From assembly GCA_963736855.1 (NCBI GenBank), contig CAVTQK010000015.1, forward strand, positions 160,001 through 224,000: 64,000 bases of DNA, read 5' to 3'. Positions 45,698 to 54,190 of this stretch are shown here, piece after piece. The notes below the pieces were generated by a model. It was given only the letters and a program-made list of their open reading frames with translations, was not told where the DNA came from and made no database searches. Positions within the stretch are counted from its first letter, which is position 1; each line of letters starts with the position of its first letter. The position numbers were made by a program, and so were the translations under genes. The stretch comes from an uncultured delta proteobacterium. GTDB taxonomy: Bacteria > Desulfobacterota > Desulfobacteria > Desulfobacterales > UBA2156.

Positions 45698-45863
45698 AAT
45701 CCTTTTTCAACGAATGAACCCAATCCCAGTAAAGGGATGAAGGGGCATCTTTAAAAGGATGTCCGTCTGTTGTCAAGGTAAAGAGGGCAAGTTGAGATGC
45801 CCCTTTCTTTTCCGGGCCGTTGGTCGGGATAAAAGAGAAGGCATCCGTATATCGTGAAGAGGG

Positions 45864-46214
45864 TTACCGGAGGCTCGGGTCGAAGACCTTTCTGTCCCTG
45901 AATTCCTCTTGCTTCGCGTCGTTCCACTGGGCCACCGGCCGAAGATATCCCACCACCCGGCTATAGACTTCGCAGGGTTGATAGTTTTTCAAGGAATGGT
46001 CCTTATGGAAACAGGCATCGCATTTCAGATAGAACCGGTCCGGCTCCGGTTCATAAATCCCTCCTCCCTCGATATGGACTCCGTCTACTTGGGGGATTGC
46101 CCGGATGGTTACCGGGGTTCGACAATCATGGCAGTGTCCCACCCATTCCAGAACATCCTTGTCCGCATGGGTATCAAAAAGCTCGAAGAGGCGCTCGCAG
46201 GTCATCATTCCCAT
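45864..46214 (-). CDS. Stand-alone NrdD (class III RNR) C-terminal glycyl-radical/Zn-ribbon protein, 116 aa
   Basis: CHDC...CDAC...CEVYSRVVGYLRPVAQWNDAKQEEFRDR; SD AAGGAG before ATG 46214 (longer ORF in the track reads into the MITE). Confidence 0.8.
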   Translation of the reverse strand: MGMMTCERLFELFDTHADKDVLEWVGHCHDCRTPVTIRAIPQVDGVHIEGGGIYEPEPDRFYLKCDACFHKDHSLKNYQPCEVYSRVVGYLRPVAQWNDAKQEEFRDRKVFDPSLR

Positions 46215-46239
46215 GGCAATCTCCTTCAAGTGAAATTTT

Positions 46240-46403
46240 GACGGCTTCGTAAAAAGTCCATCTGTCCCGCCAAGGCGGGATTGCACTGCATCCTTCGTCA
46301 TTGCGGCGTACTCATATGTACGCCTCATTCCTCAGGATTTGCGCGCCTTGCATCTGAAGCTTTTTACTTTGCCATCCTAATTTTGAGTTTTTACGATTTC
46401 ATC
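46240..46403. mobile_element. MITE-like element, type A copy 2 (164 bp)
   Basis: Same sequence as copies 1 and 3 with an extra hairpin; 7-bp direct repeat AAATTTT at 46233-46239 and 46404-46410. Confidence 0.88.
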
Positions 46404-46423
46404 AAATTTTGAATATGAGTAAA

Positions 46424-46470
46424 ACAGTCTATATGGTATGTCAAGGAAGAAAAAACACAACATATTGTAA
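46424..46470 (-). promoter_or_regulatory. Tandem NrdR-like boxes and -35 element
   Basis: ACACAACATATTGTAA (46455-46470) and ACAGTCTATATGGTAT (46424-46439), 31 bp apart, flanking TTGACA on the minus strand (46439-46444). Confidence 0.65.
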
Positions 46471-46482
46471 TAAGCGCCGGTT

Positions 46483-47334
46483 TCAGTTCAATGTTTTGCG
46501 TAGATAGGAGATGAGATCGTCCGGATGCATATCACCGCGAATGCCGAAGCGGGTTAGAGCGAAATCGTATCGTACCGGATCTTCCGGGCAGATTTGCCGG
46601 AAACGATGCGTCACTTCAAGGGCAGCGGTCATATCGGCTCCTTTTCGGGTAGTGAACCCCAGACGGAGGGAAAGAGCATGCAGATGGGTATCGAGGGGGA
46701 CGATGAGCTTGGAAGCCGGGATCCCTTCCCAACCACCGGGATCAACGGTGTCTTGACGTACCATCCACCGCAGGAAAAGGTTGAGTCGCTTACAGGCGCT
46801 TCCCCGTTCCGGAAGGGGGATCAGATGCCCGCTACATCCGTGTGCGGCTGTGACGATGTGCTGTCCAAAGGCACTCAGGGCACCTTCGACCGTAGCGTCA
46901 TTTTTTGAAAAACCATTAAGAAACAGATGGTTGAGAGATTCATACCTGTTTTGGATATCCCGGATGGCGATAAGCAGGAAGGAGAGATGACGGCCGGTGG
47001 CAAAGCGGTGGATAAATCCATCAAAGGTCTTATGAAGGGTTTCCGGATTCGATTGCGCTAAAAATGCGGACGGAGAGGGACCCATCTTTTCCAATATGGA
47101 GGATACGCTTTTCAAAATTTGTTGTACGCGCCCATATGCCAGCGAAGCCGCTATTATTCCGGCGACTTCCCGATCTTTTGGGTCCGGATAAACATGCAGG
47201 AATTCCACAGGGTCCGGGTGAATGAATGTCCTGAGGTTGTAAGTGCGGTAAAGGGCTTCCAGGCATTCTTTTAAGCTCTTATTATTGCCGCCTCTTGGGG
47301 GGCGTCGGAGACAGCTGTTTGCCTGATGACTCAT
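46483..47334 (-). CDS. TIGR02757/DUF2400-family protein (HhH-like)
   Basis: DPVEF, LAYGRVQQI, SACKRLNLFLRWMVR, PLDTH, DPVRYDFAL. Confidence 0.85.
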   Translation of the reverse strand: MSHQANSCLRRPPRGGNNKSLKECLEALYRTYNLRTFIHPDPVEFLHVYPDPKDREVAGIIAASLAYGRVQQILKSVSSILEKMGPSPSAFLAQSNPETLHKTFDGFIHRFATGRHLSFLLIAIRDIQNRYESLNHLFLNGFSKNDATVEGALSAFGQHIVTAAHGCSGHLIPLPERGSACKRLNLFLRWMVRQDTVDPGGWEGIPASKLIVPLDTHLHALSLRLGFTTRKGADMTAALEVTHRFRQICPEDPVRYDFALTRFGIRGDMHPDDLISYLRKTLN

Positions 47335-47417
47335 AGAAACAACTTTACATTAATGGAATTCAAAAGTATATTTAGATTGTATACGATCGATCCAAAAGGG
47401 CACCTAACAGGGGGTTC

Positions 47418-48068
47418 ATGGAACAGCCGACCACCTTGATCTTGGCCACTGCCAATGCGGGAAAGGCAGCCGAGATCCGGGAATTGCTTAAAAATTTTTG
47501 TATTCAGATCAAAATGTTAAGCGATTTCGGGCCGATTCCCGGAGTCGAGGAGGACGGTCTGACTTTCGAGGAAAACGCCTACAAGAAGGCCGGCCACACG
47601 GCTCGGATCCTGGGTTTTCCGGCCTTGGCGGACGATTCCGGACTCATGTTGGAGGGCTTGGCAGGGAGACCAGGGGTTCACTCGGCCCGATATGGGGGTT
47701 TGGATGTTTCGGATCAAACACGGTGCGACCGCCTCCTCGAAGAAATGAAAGGGGTTGCCAACCGTGCGGCTGCTTTTGAATGCGTCATTTCCCTGGCGGT
47801 ACCCACCGGTGCTGCCTTGACATACGTGGGGCGGTGCGAAGGGGTCATCACTGAAGCGACGAAAGGCCAAAACGGCTTCGGATACGACCCGGTTTTTTAT
47901 TATCCGCCCTTGAATAAAACCTTTGCCGAGATGACGCGGGAAGAAAAAAGCCGGGTGAGCCATCGGGGAAAGGCCTTGAGGGAGCTGAAAAGCGAGTTTG
48001 ATAAGGTCTTGATATGGATTAAACAAAATATGCCGATACCGGGAAAATGGGTTTGTCATGGAGGTTAA
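47418..48068 (+). CDS. rdgB: Non-canonical purine NTP (XTP/dITP) pyrophosphatase
   Basis: LATANAGK, TFEENA, ADDSGL, PGVHSARY, GFGYDPVF, SHRGKA. Confidence 0.95.
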   Translation: MEQPTTLILATANAGKAAEIRELLKNFCIQIKMLSDFGPIPGVEEDGLTFEENAYKKAGHTARILGFPALADDSGLMLEGLAGRPGVHSARYGGLDVSDQTRCDRLLEEMKGVANRAAAFECVISLAVPTGAALTYVGRCEGVITEATKGQNGFGYDPVFYYPPLNKTFAEMTREEKSRVSHRGKALRELKSEFDKVLIWIKQNMPIPGKWVCHGG

Positions 48069-48645
48069 AATGATCGCGGATTTGGTACGGAAAAACAGGA
48101 GCTGTAGGCGCTTTTACCAGAATCACCCCGTTGCGAATGAGACGCTCATGGATTTGGTGAATCTTGCTCGGTTGTCGGCCTCCGCCGCCAACTTGCAGCC
48201 TCTCTGCTACATTCTTTCCAGCGCCCCCCAGTATAATGAAAAAATCTTTTCCTGCCTTGGGTGGGCGGCTTACCTCAAAGATTGGCCGGGTCCGAAGGAA
48301 GGGGAGCAGCCTTCGGCCTACATCATCATCCTGGGAAACACCACCAAAGCCAAGGATTTCGGCTGTGACCACGGCATTGCCGCCCAGAGCATCCTGCTGG
48401 GAGCCCGTGAAGCAGGCCTTGCGGGGTGTATGATCGGTTCCATCAGTCAGGAACCTCTCCGGGACCTTTTCAACATACCGGTGCACCTAAAAATCCTTTT
48501 GGTGATCGCTCTGGGAAAACCCAAGGAGCAGGTGGTCATCGAGGAAGTCGGCCCTGAAGGAGACATCCGGTACTGGAGGGATGAGCAGGGGGTGCATCAC
48601 GTTCCCAAAAGAAACCTGACGGATATCATCATCGCAACTTATTAA
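48058..48645 (+). CDS. Nitroreductase family protein
   Basis: RSCRRF, SASAANLQP, GIAAQSILL, LGKP, HHVPKR. Confidence 0.9.
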   Translation: MEVKMIADLVRKNRSCRRFYQNHPVANETLMDLVNLARLSASAANLQPLCYILSSAPQYNEKIFSCLGWAAYLKDWPGPKEGEQPSAYIIILGNTTKAKDFGCDHGIAAQSILLGAREAGLAGCMIGSISQEPLRDLFNIPVHLKILLVIALGKPKEQVVIEEVGPEGDIRYWRDEQGVHHVPKRNLTDIIIATY

Positions 48646-48714
48646 AGCGTTTTCTCAACCGAGCCATTAGCCGCTAAGAGAGAAAGAGCAAGCCTGAACG
48701 GATGCTCGAGTCGA

Positions 48715-50715
48715 ATGAAGAAAGGAACACAAGGGGTGTTTGAGAAGAAAAAGGGAGTGGATATCGGTCAGGAAATCGGCGGGATCCATACGGTTGAAGC
48801 AGCTGTTCGGGTGTTCGAAAAAGCCATGACACCTGACCAATATCGGCGGATCCGGGCGATTCAAAATCCGGAAGTGACTGTCAAGATTGCCAATGCCATC
48901 GCGATGTGCACTCCGGACGCGATCTTTGTCAATAGAGGATCCGAAGCTGACCAGGCATTTATTCGGGAGTTGGCTCTTAAAAAACAGGAAGAAAAAAAGC
49001 TCTCCTTGGAAGGACACACCATCCATTTCGATCTCAAGGAGGAGCAAGGACGGATCATCGATCGGACTTTTTATATCAAAAATCCCGGTGAGACCGTCAG
49101 TTCGTTGGCCTTCAGCAAAGATCGGCAGGAGGCACTCATTGACATCCGGGAGAAGATGACGGGGATCATGCGCGGCCACACCATGATCATCGGATTCTAC
49201 ATGCGCGGCCCTATCGGAGCACCGGTTTCCAATCCGGCCCTGGAAATCACCAGCTCGGCGTACGTGTCGCACAGCGCTGAGCTATTATATCGAAATGCCT
49301 ATGCGGTCTTTGACAGCGAAGTGGATCGCCTGGAGCATTTTTATACCAACATCCACAGCGAAGGGCTGAACCGGCCCGAGGACCTTCCCAACGCCCGTGT
49401 CTATATGGATCGGAGCTATCAGACAACCTATTCCATAAATTGTACCTATGCCGGCAACACCCTGTTGCTGAAAAAGGGAAACCACCGGTTTTCCGTGGAT
49501 AAGGCCGTTTACGAAAACCGGGGGCTCGAGCTTTCCGAACACATGTTTATCACCGGAATCAAGGGTGAAAACGGACGGATGACCTGGTTTACCGGCGCAG
49601 CCCCCTCCGGTTGCGGCAAGACCACAACGGCCATGGCAGGGGATTTCTTTGTAGGGGACGACTTGGCCCAGCTTTGGATCGCAACAGACGGGACGATTCG
49701 ATCCGTCAACCCGGAGAGCGGCATATTCGGGATTGTCGAAGATGTCAATGGGGAAGGCGATCCCAAGCTCATAACCTGTCTTCGTCGCCCCGGAACTGAA
49801 GTCATCTGGTCGAATGTTCTCATCGATGAAAACGGCGTGCCCCACTGGACCGGAAACGGGGAACCGGTGCCCGAAAAGGGGTACAATTTTCAGGGTTCCT
49901 GGCATAAAGGAATGAAGGATGCCAATGGGAAACCGATCCCAATATCCCATCCGAATGCGAGATGTACCCTCAGGTCTTCGGCATTGGCTAACTATTCCGA
50001 AGCGGCGGAGGATCCGAAAGGAGTTATTACTCGAGTCATCACTTACAGCGGCCGGGACAGCGACACCATGCCACCGGTGTGGGTGGCAAAAAATCCCCGC
50101 CATGGGGTGGTTATCGGTGCCTGCATCGTTTCGGCGGCCACCGAAACCGAAGTGGGCGCTACGGGGATCAAACGGGCGCCCTGGGCCAATGCCCCGTTTA
50201 CCCCTGGATCTCTTGGGGACTACATGGACGCCCAGTTCGCTTTTTTCGAAAGTGCCCGGATTGCATCGGAGCAGCAACCCATCATGGCGGGATTGAATTA
50301 TTTTTTGACCCATGAGGCTCGGGGTGGATCGTCAAAAACGCTGCTCGGAGAAAAGAAAGACGTCAAGGCCTGGCTCTCCTGGCTCGAAAAACGCGCCCAC
50401 AAAGAGGTAGACGCCATCACCACTCCCATCGGTCTGATCCCCAAATTCGAAGATCTGGCATCGCTTTTTCAAAACAAGGTCGGGAAAGCCTATCCCGAAG
50501 ATCTCTATGTAAAACAGTTTTCGCTTTATATCGATAAGATCACGGCCAGAATCGACCTCCAGAAGGCGGCTTACGGGAAGGAAGCCAATGTGCCCAGAGC
50601 CTTGTTTGAGGTCCTCGAGGAACAACGCCGGGGACTTATGGCCTTGAAAGAAGCATACGGATCCGTGGTTACACCTCGCCGGGTGGCGGCGTTTTCAGAG
50701 CGACATCCGTTTTAA
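48715..50715 (+). CDS. pckG: Phosphoenolpyruvate carboxykinase (GTP)
   Basis: YAGNTL, EHMFI, PSGCGKT, VGDD, NPESGIFG, HPNAR. Confidence 0.9.
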   Translation: MKKGTQGVFEKKKGVDIGQEIGGIHTVEAAVRVFEKAMTPDQYRRIRAIQNPEVTVKIANAIAMCTPDAIFVNRGSEADQAFIRELALKKQEEKKLSLEGHTIHFDLKEEQGRIIDRTFYIKNPGETVSSLAFSKDRQEALIDIREKMTGIMRGHTMIIGFYMRGPIGAPVSNPALEITSSAYVSHSAELLYRNAYAVFDSEVDRLEHFYTNIHSEGLNRPEDLPNARVYMDRSYQTTYSINCTYAGNTLLLKKGNHRFSVDKAVYENRGLELSEHMFITGIKGENGRMTWFTGAAPSGCGKTTTAMAGDFFVGDDLAQLWIATDGTIRSVNPESGIFGIVEDVNGEGDPKLITCLRRPGTEVIWSNVLIDENGVPHWTGNGEPVPEKGYNFQGSWHKGMKDANGKPIPISHPNARCTLRSSALANYSEAAEDPKGVITRVITYSGRDSDTMPPVWVAKNPRHGVVIGACIVSAATETEVGATGIKRAPWANAPFTPGSLGDYMDAQFAFFESARIASEQQPIMAGLNYFLTHEARGGSSKTLLGEKKDVKAWLSWLEKRAHKEVDAITTPIGLIPKFEDLASLFQNKVGKAYPEDLYVKQFSLYIDKITARIDLQKAAYGKEANVPRALFEVLEEQRRGLMALKEAYGSVVTPRRVAAFSERHPF

Positions 50716-50975
50716 GATCGAAATCCCCGGGAGAGACGGGTCCGCTATTGCCTTGCATTCGACCGTTAACCGGCGCATCCTCGCCGTCTGCTATGAGCGA
50801 TATGACACCTGGGCCAATGTGCCCTTTGCCGCCGTGACTTTCGAGAACGTATTCATTTTCCTGTTTTATATTGGAATCGGATCGGTTTTTTAAAAAACCT
50901 CTTTTAGAGTTTTTCCATGCGCTTTTATCCGTCATGACAAGCGGAGCCATTCTGACGACCTTGAAAGAGACATAA

Positions 50976-52751
50976 ATGGACGAAGACATCCTTTCCCTTG
51001 AAAGCACCGAAAAACAGCTTATACGTCTTTACAAAGAGCGATCCGCTGTTTTGTCTCTTCCTCCGGAACAGGCATTGAGCCGAATTTTGGATGCCGAACA
51101 TCCCGCTGCCCTGGTGCATTCCTTTTCCGATGAAGATTTTTATCTATTGATCCAGGAGATCGGCCCTGAAGATGCCATCGAAATTTTATCGCTGGCCTCG
51201 AACCGGCAATGGGAATTTATCCTGGATATGGAATCCTGGAAAAAGGAACGCTTCGACAGCCCCGGCGTCACCCGTTGGATCGATTATTTGATGAAGGCCG
51301 ATTCCCATCGCCTGGCCCGATGGGTCCTGGAAGAAAAGACCGAATTTTTTAAACTTTTCATTTTTAGAAACCTCGAACTTCGAATCCGGGAACATGACGA
51401 GGATCCCTCCGATCTTGGCGACGATTACATAACCCAGGACGATGTCCTTTATATCCGATTTATTGAATATCCCTTTGATCGACCCCTTTCACCCGATGAA
51501 AAACAAGCGAGGGAAGAGGTTTTAGTGAAATTTTTGAAAAACCTGGCAGAATATGATTATCCGCGATACCAACATCTGATAATGGAATCGGTCCATGTCA
51601 TCCCCGCCGAGTCCGAAGAGGAGATTTACCGCTTGCGTAACGTTCGGATGGCGGAAAATGGATTTTTACCCTACCATGATGCAGTAGGGATCTATCAGGC
51701 CATTGAACCCCTTCGTCTGAAGAAAAAGAAAGGTAAGTTTGTTTCCAAGGGGATCACCGATCTGTTTTTGCCGGTACCGATCGGTTTCTCCAGGGTCCTG
51801 ACTGCAGACAATCTTTTTGCCCGGGCATTGGAAATCCTGAAACCGGAAGCCACATTCCTTCAGATTCAGACCGAGTTTGCCGCTTTGTGCAACCGGATTA
51901 TTTCCGCGGACCAGAAGATTATCCGGGACCGCGAGACGCTCCGGGGGATCGTCAAAAAAGCCTGCGGGTACTTGAGCATCGGAATGGAGAGGCTGTCACC
52001 AAAAAAGGAGAATCTGGAGCCGGCCCGGGCTGCCGCCATGTTGGTCCGGCATTCTCTGGAAGACCTCTTTAGAGTAGGTTTCGGTGCGGCGCAGGAATTG
52101 AAGTGGCGGGCGGAAAAATGGCAAAGGGCTTCCTGGTTTTCAAGCCAGGGTCTTTCCCTGGCCTTTTGGGGAGAACAGGGGCTGGGGGTGCTGGGGGGCC
52201 TGTTGATCCAGAGGCCGCTTTTTTTCGACAATTACCAGACAGGCGTCCTTTACCGGGAATTTACCTCACAGCAAGAAGTGGAAAAGACAAGTCTCGCTCT
52301 GGAAGGGATCATTGCCCTGGATACGCTTTTTTCGCGGTTGAATATCGACGTTACTTCATTTGCCGGCCGGCCGTTTTTCAATTATAAAAATTGCCTATTG
52401 ACCCTCTGGGGAGCACACCATCTTTACCAAAATGGCGGTGGGGATATTGAACGGGCTCAGGTGGCGCCTCTGACGATGCAGGATTTCAGGCGCCTTTTTT
52501 CCCGGCTATGGGAAGGAAAAAAGGAATCCCGCCGCATCCGGCTGACCCTAAAGGCCGATTTCTTAGCATGGCTTTGTGCTCGATCATGCCTTTCAGAAGA
52601 CGAGATCCGTGGACAGGTGGGACTCATTCTGGAAGATCTCTTCTCCGAGGTCGAAAACGAATACCGGGATGTATCCCTCAAAAACCTTGATCCCCGCTAC
52701 ATCCACCTGTTTCTGATCCGAAAACCCGAAAGGCAATCGGTTCAACCATGA
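50976..52751 (+). CDS. Conserved helical hypothetical protein (DUF6178-like)
   Basis: 591-aa ORF; IGPEDA.E.L, QWEFILD.E.W, EEE.YR.R..R.AE.GF pattern recalled from deltaproteobacterial proteins. Confidence 0.6.
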   Translation: MDEDILSLESTEKQLIRLYKERSAVLSLPPEQALSRILDAEHPAALVHSFSDEDFYLLIQEIGPEDAIEILSLASNRQWEFILDMESWKKERFDSPGVTRWIDYLMKADSHRLARWVLEEKTEFFKLFIFRNLELRIREHDEDPSDLGDDYITQDDVLYIRFIEYPFDRPLSPDEKQAREEVLVKFLKNLAEYDYPRYQHLIMESVHVIPAESEEEIYRLRNVRMAENGFLPYHDAVGIYQAIEPLRLKKKKGKFVSKGITDLFLPVPIGFSRVLTADNLFARALEILKPEATFLQIQTEFAALCNRIISADQKIIRDRETLRGIVKKACGYLSIGMERLSPKKENLEPARAAAMLVRHSLEDLFRVGFGAAQELKWRAEKWQRASWFSSQGLSLAFWGEQGLGVLGGLLIQRPLFFDNYQTGVLYREFTSQQEVEKTSLALEGIIALDTLFSRLNIDVTSFAGRPFFNYKNCLLTLWGAHHLYQNGGGDIERAQVAPLTMQDFRRLFSRLWEGKKESRRIRLTLKADFLAWLCARSCLSEDEIRGQVGLILEDLFSEVENEYRDVSLKNLDPRYIHLFLIRKPERQSVQP

Positions 52752-52902
52752 TGGCTTCGTAAAAAGTCCATCTGCTGCGTTGCACTGCATCCTTCGTCAT
52801 TACGGCGTACCCATATGTACGCCTCATTCCTCAGGATTTGCGCGCCTTGCATCTGAAGCTTTTTACTTTGCCATCCTAATTTTGAGTCTTTACGATTTCA
52901 TC
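52750..52902. mobile_element. MITE-like element, type A copy 3 (153 bp)
   Basis: GATGGCTTCGTAAAAAG...CTTTACGATTTCATC; 6-bp direct repeat AACCAT at 52744-52749 and 52903-52908. Confidence 0.9.
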
Positions 52903-54190
52903 AACCATAGAGCCAGCTGCAGGCGATGATCGAGCAGAGGATGCCTGCCACATCCGCGGTGAGGGCCGCCGCCAGAGTATGCCGCATCCTCTTGATCTGG
53001 ATAGCTCCGAAATAGACCGCGATGACGTAAAAGGTGGTTTCGGTACATCCCTGAATCGTCGAAACCAGATAGCCCACATAACTGTCCGGGCCGATGGACG
53101 GATCCTGAATAGTGGATGCCAGGATGGCGTAGGCGCCGGATCCGGACAAGGGCCGCATCAGGGCCATGGGGAGGGCCTCGGCGGGAAGGCCGATCTTTTC
53201 GGTAAAGCCGCCGATCCATCCGACGATGGCTTCCATGGCACCGCTTACCCGAAAGATCCCGACGGCCACGAGAATCGCTACCAGGTAGGGGATGATGCGT
53301 ATCGCTACCTGGAACCCCTCCTTTGCCCCTTCCACAAAGGTTTCATAGATTCGAACCCTGCGAATCACGCCGAAGGATAAAAATCCGGCCATCAGAGCGG
53401 GGAGGATCCATGGGGATATCGCCTTGCCGTAAAAAACGGTCATCGGTATGAAGGCCAGCAAGGAGGTTAAAGCGATCCAGCTGACCCAGGCCGGGTAGGG
53501 CGGGGGCGATGCGATTTCTTCAGTAGATGCCGGCGAAATCGCCCCACGTTCTTTTTCTCCTTGTTGGAAACCTGGGCTTATGGATCGGAAAAAGCGCGCA
53601 TAGAGCTTGGCGGAAAGCACTGCGACCAAAGTGGAACCGGCAGTGGCAAACAGGGTGGTGGGGAGGATGCCGGCAGGATCTGCGGATCCGGATGCGGCCC
53701 GCAGCGCGATGACGCCCGTGGGAAGGAGGGTGACGGAAGAGGTATTGATGGCCAGGAATAAAGCCATGGCATTGGTAGCAGTGCCGCGGCTGGGGTTGAG
53801 CGTATCGAGTTCCTGCATGGCCCGGATCCCGAAGGGGGTGGCTGCATTCCCGAGACCGAGGGCGTTTGCAGAAAGATTCAAGATCATAGCGCCCATGGCC
53901 GGGTGGTCCGGGGGGACTTCCGGAAAAAGGCGCACCATCATCGGCCGGATCAGTCGGGCGAGGATGGTGAGCATGCCTCCGGCTTCGGCTACCTTCATCA
54001 AACCTAAAAAGAGGGTCATGACTCCCACAAGTCCGATGGCTAATTCCACCGCACCTGAGGCTGACTCCACCATCGCCTTGGACAAGACCTCCATGGGAGA
54101 CAGGTCGCCGGTGGTGGGGGTCCATCCGATCTGGCGGGCGGCTCCGAATCCGAAAGCGACTATGACGATGAAAAAAAAGATCAGATTCAC
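52901..54190 (-). CDS. SpmA/SpmB fusion, nucleoside-recognition (Gate) membrane protein
   Basis: ANALGLGNAATPFG, INTSS, FVEGAKEGF, RPLSGSGA, ETTFYVIAVYFG. Confidence 0.85.
   Translation of the reverse strand: MNLIFFFIVIVAFGFGAARQIGWTPTTGDLSPMEVLSKAMVESASGAVELAIGLVGVMTLFLGLMKVAEAGGMLTILARLIRPMMVRLFPEVPPDHPAMGAMILNLSANALGLGNAATPFGIRAMQELDTLNPSRGTATNAMALFLAINTSSVTLLPTGVIALRAASGSADPAGILPTTLFATAGSTLVAVLSAKLYARFFRSISPGFQQGEKERGAISPASTEEIASPPPYPAWVSWIALTSLLAFIPMTVFYGKAISPWILPALMAGFLSFGVIRRVRIYETFVEGAKEGFQVAIRIIPYLVAILVAVGIFRVSGAMEAIVGWIGGFTEKIGLPAEALPMALMRPLSGSGAYAILASTIQDPSIGPDSYVGYLVSTIQGCTETTFYVIAVYFGAIQIKRMRHTLAAALTADVAGILCSIIACSWLYG

Noticed and set aside
45739..45810. Alternative pairing AAGGGGCATCT/AGATGCCCCTT around the likely terminator of the mini-NrdD gene
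   Set aside because: On the minus strand the alternative partner is transcribed after the terminator, so it cannot act as an antiterminator.
50716..50975. GC-rich spacer after pckG as a possible ncRNA or small gene
   Set aside because: No recognisable RNA family, start signal or convincing structure by eye.
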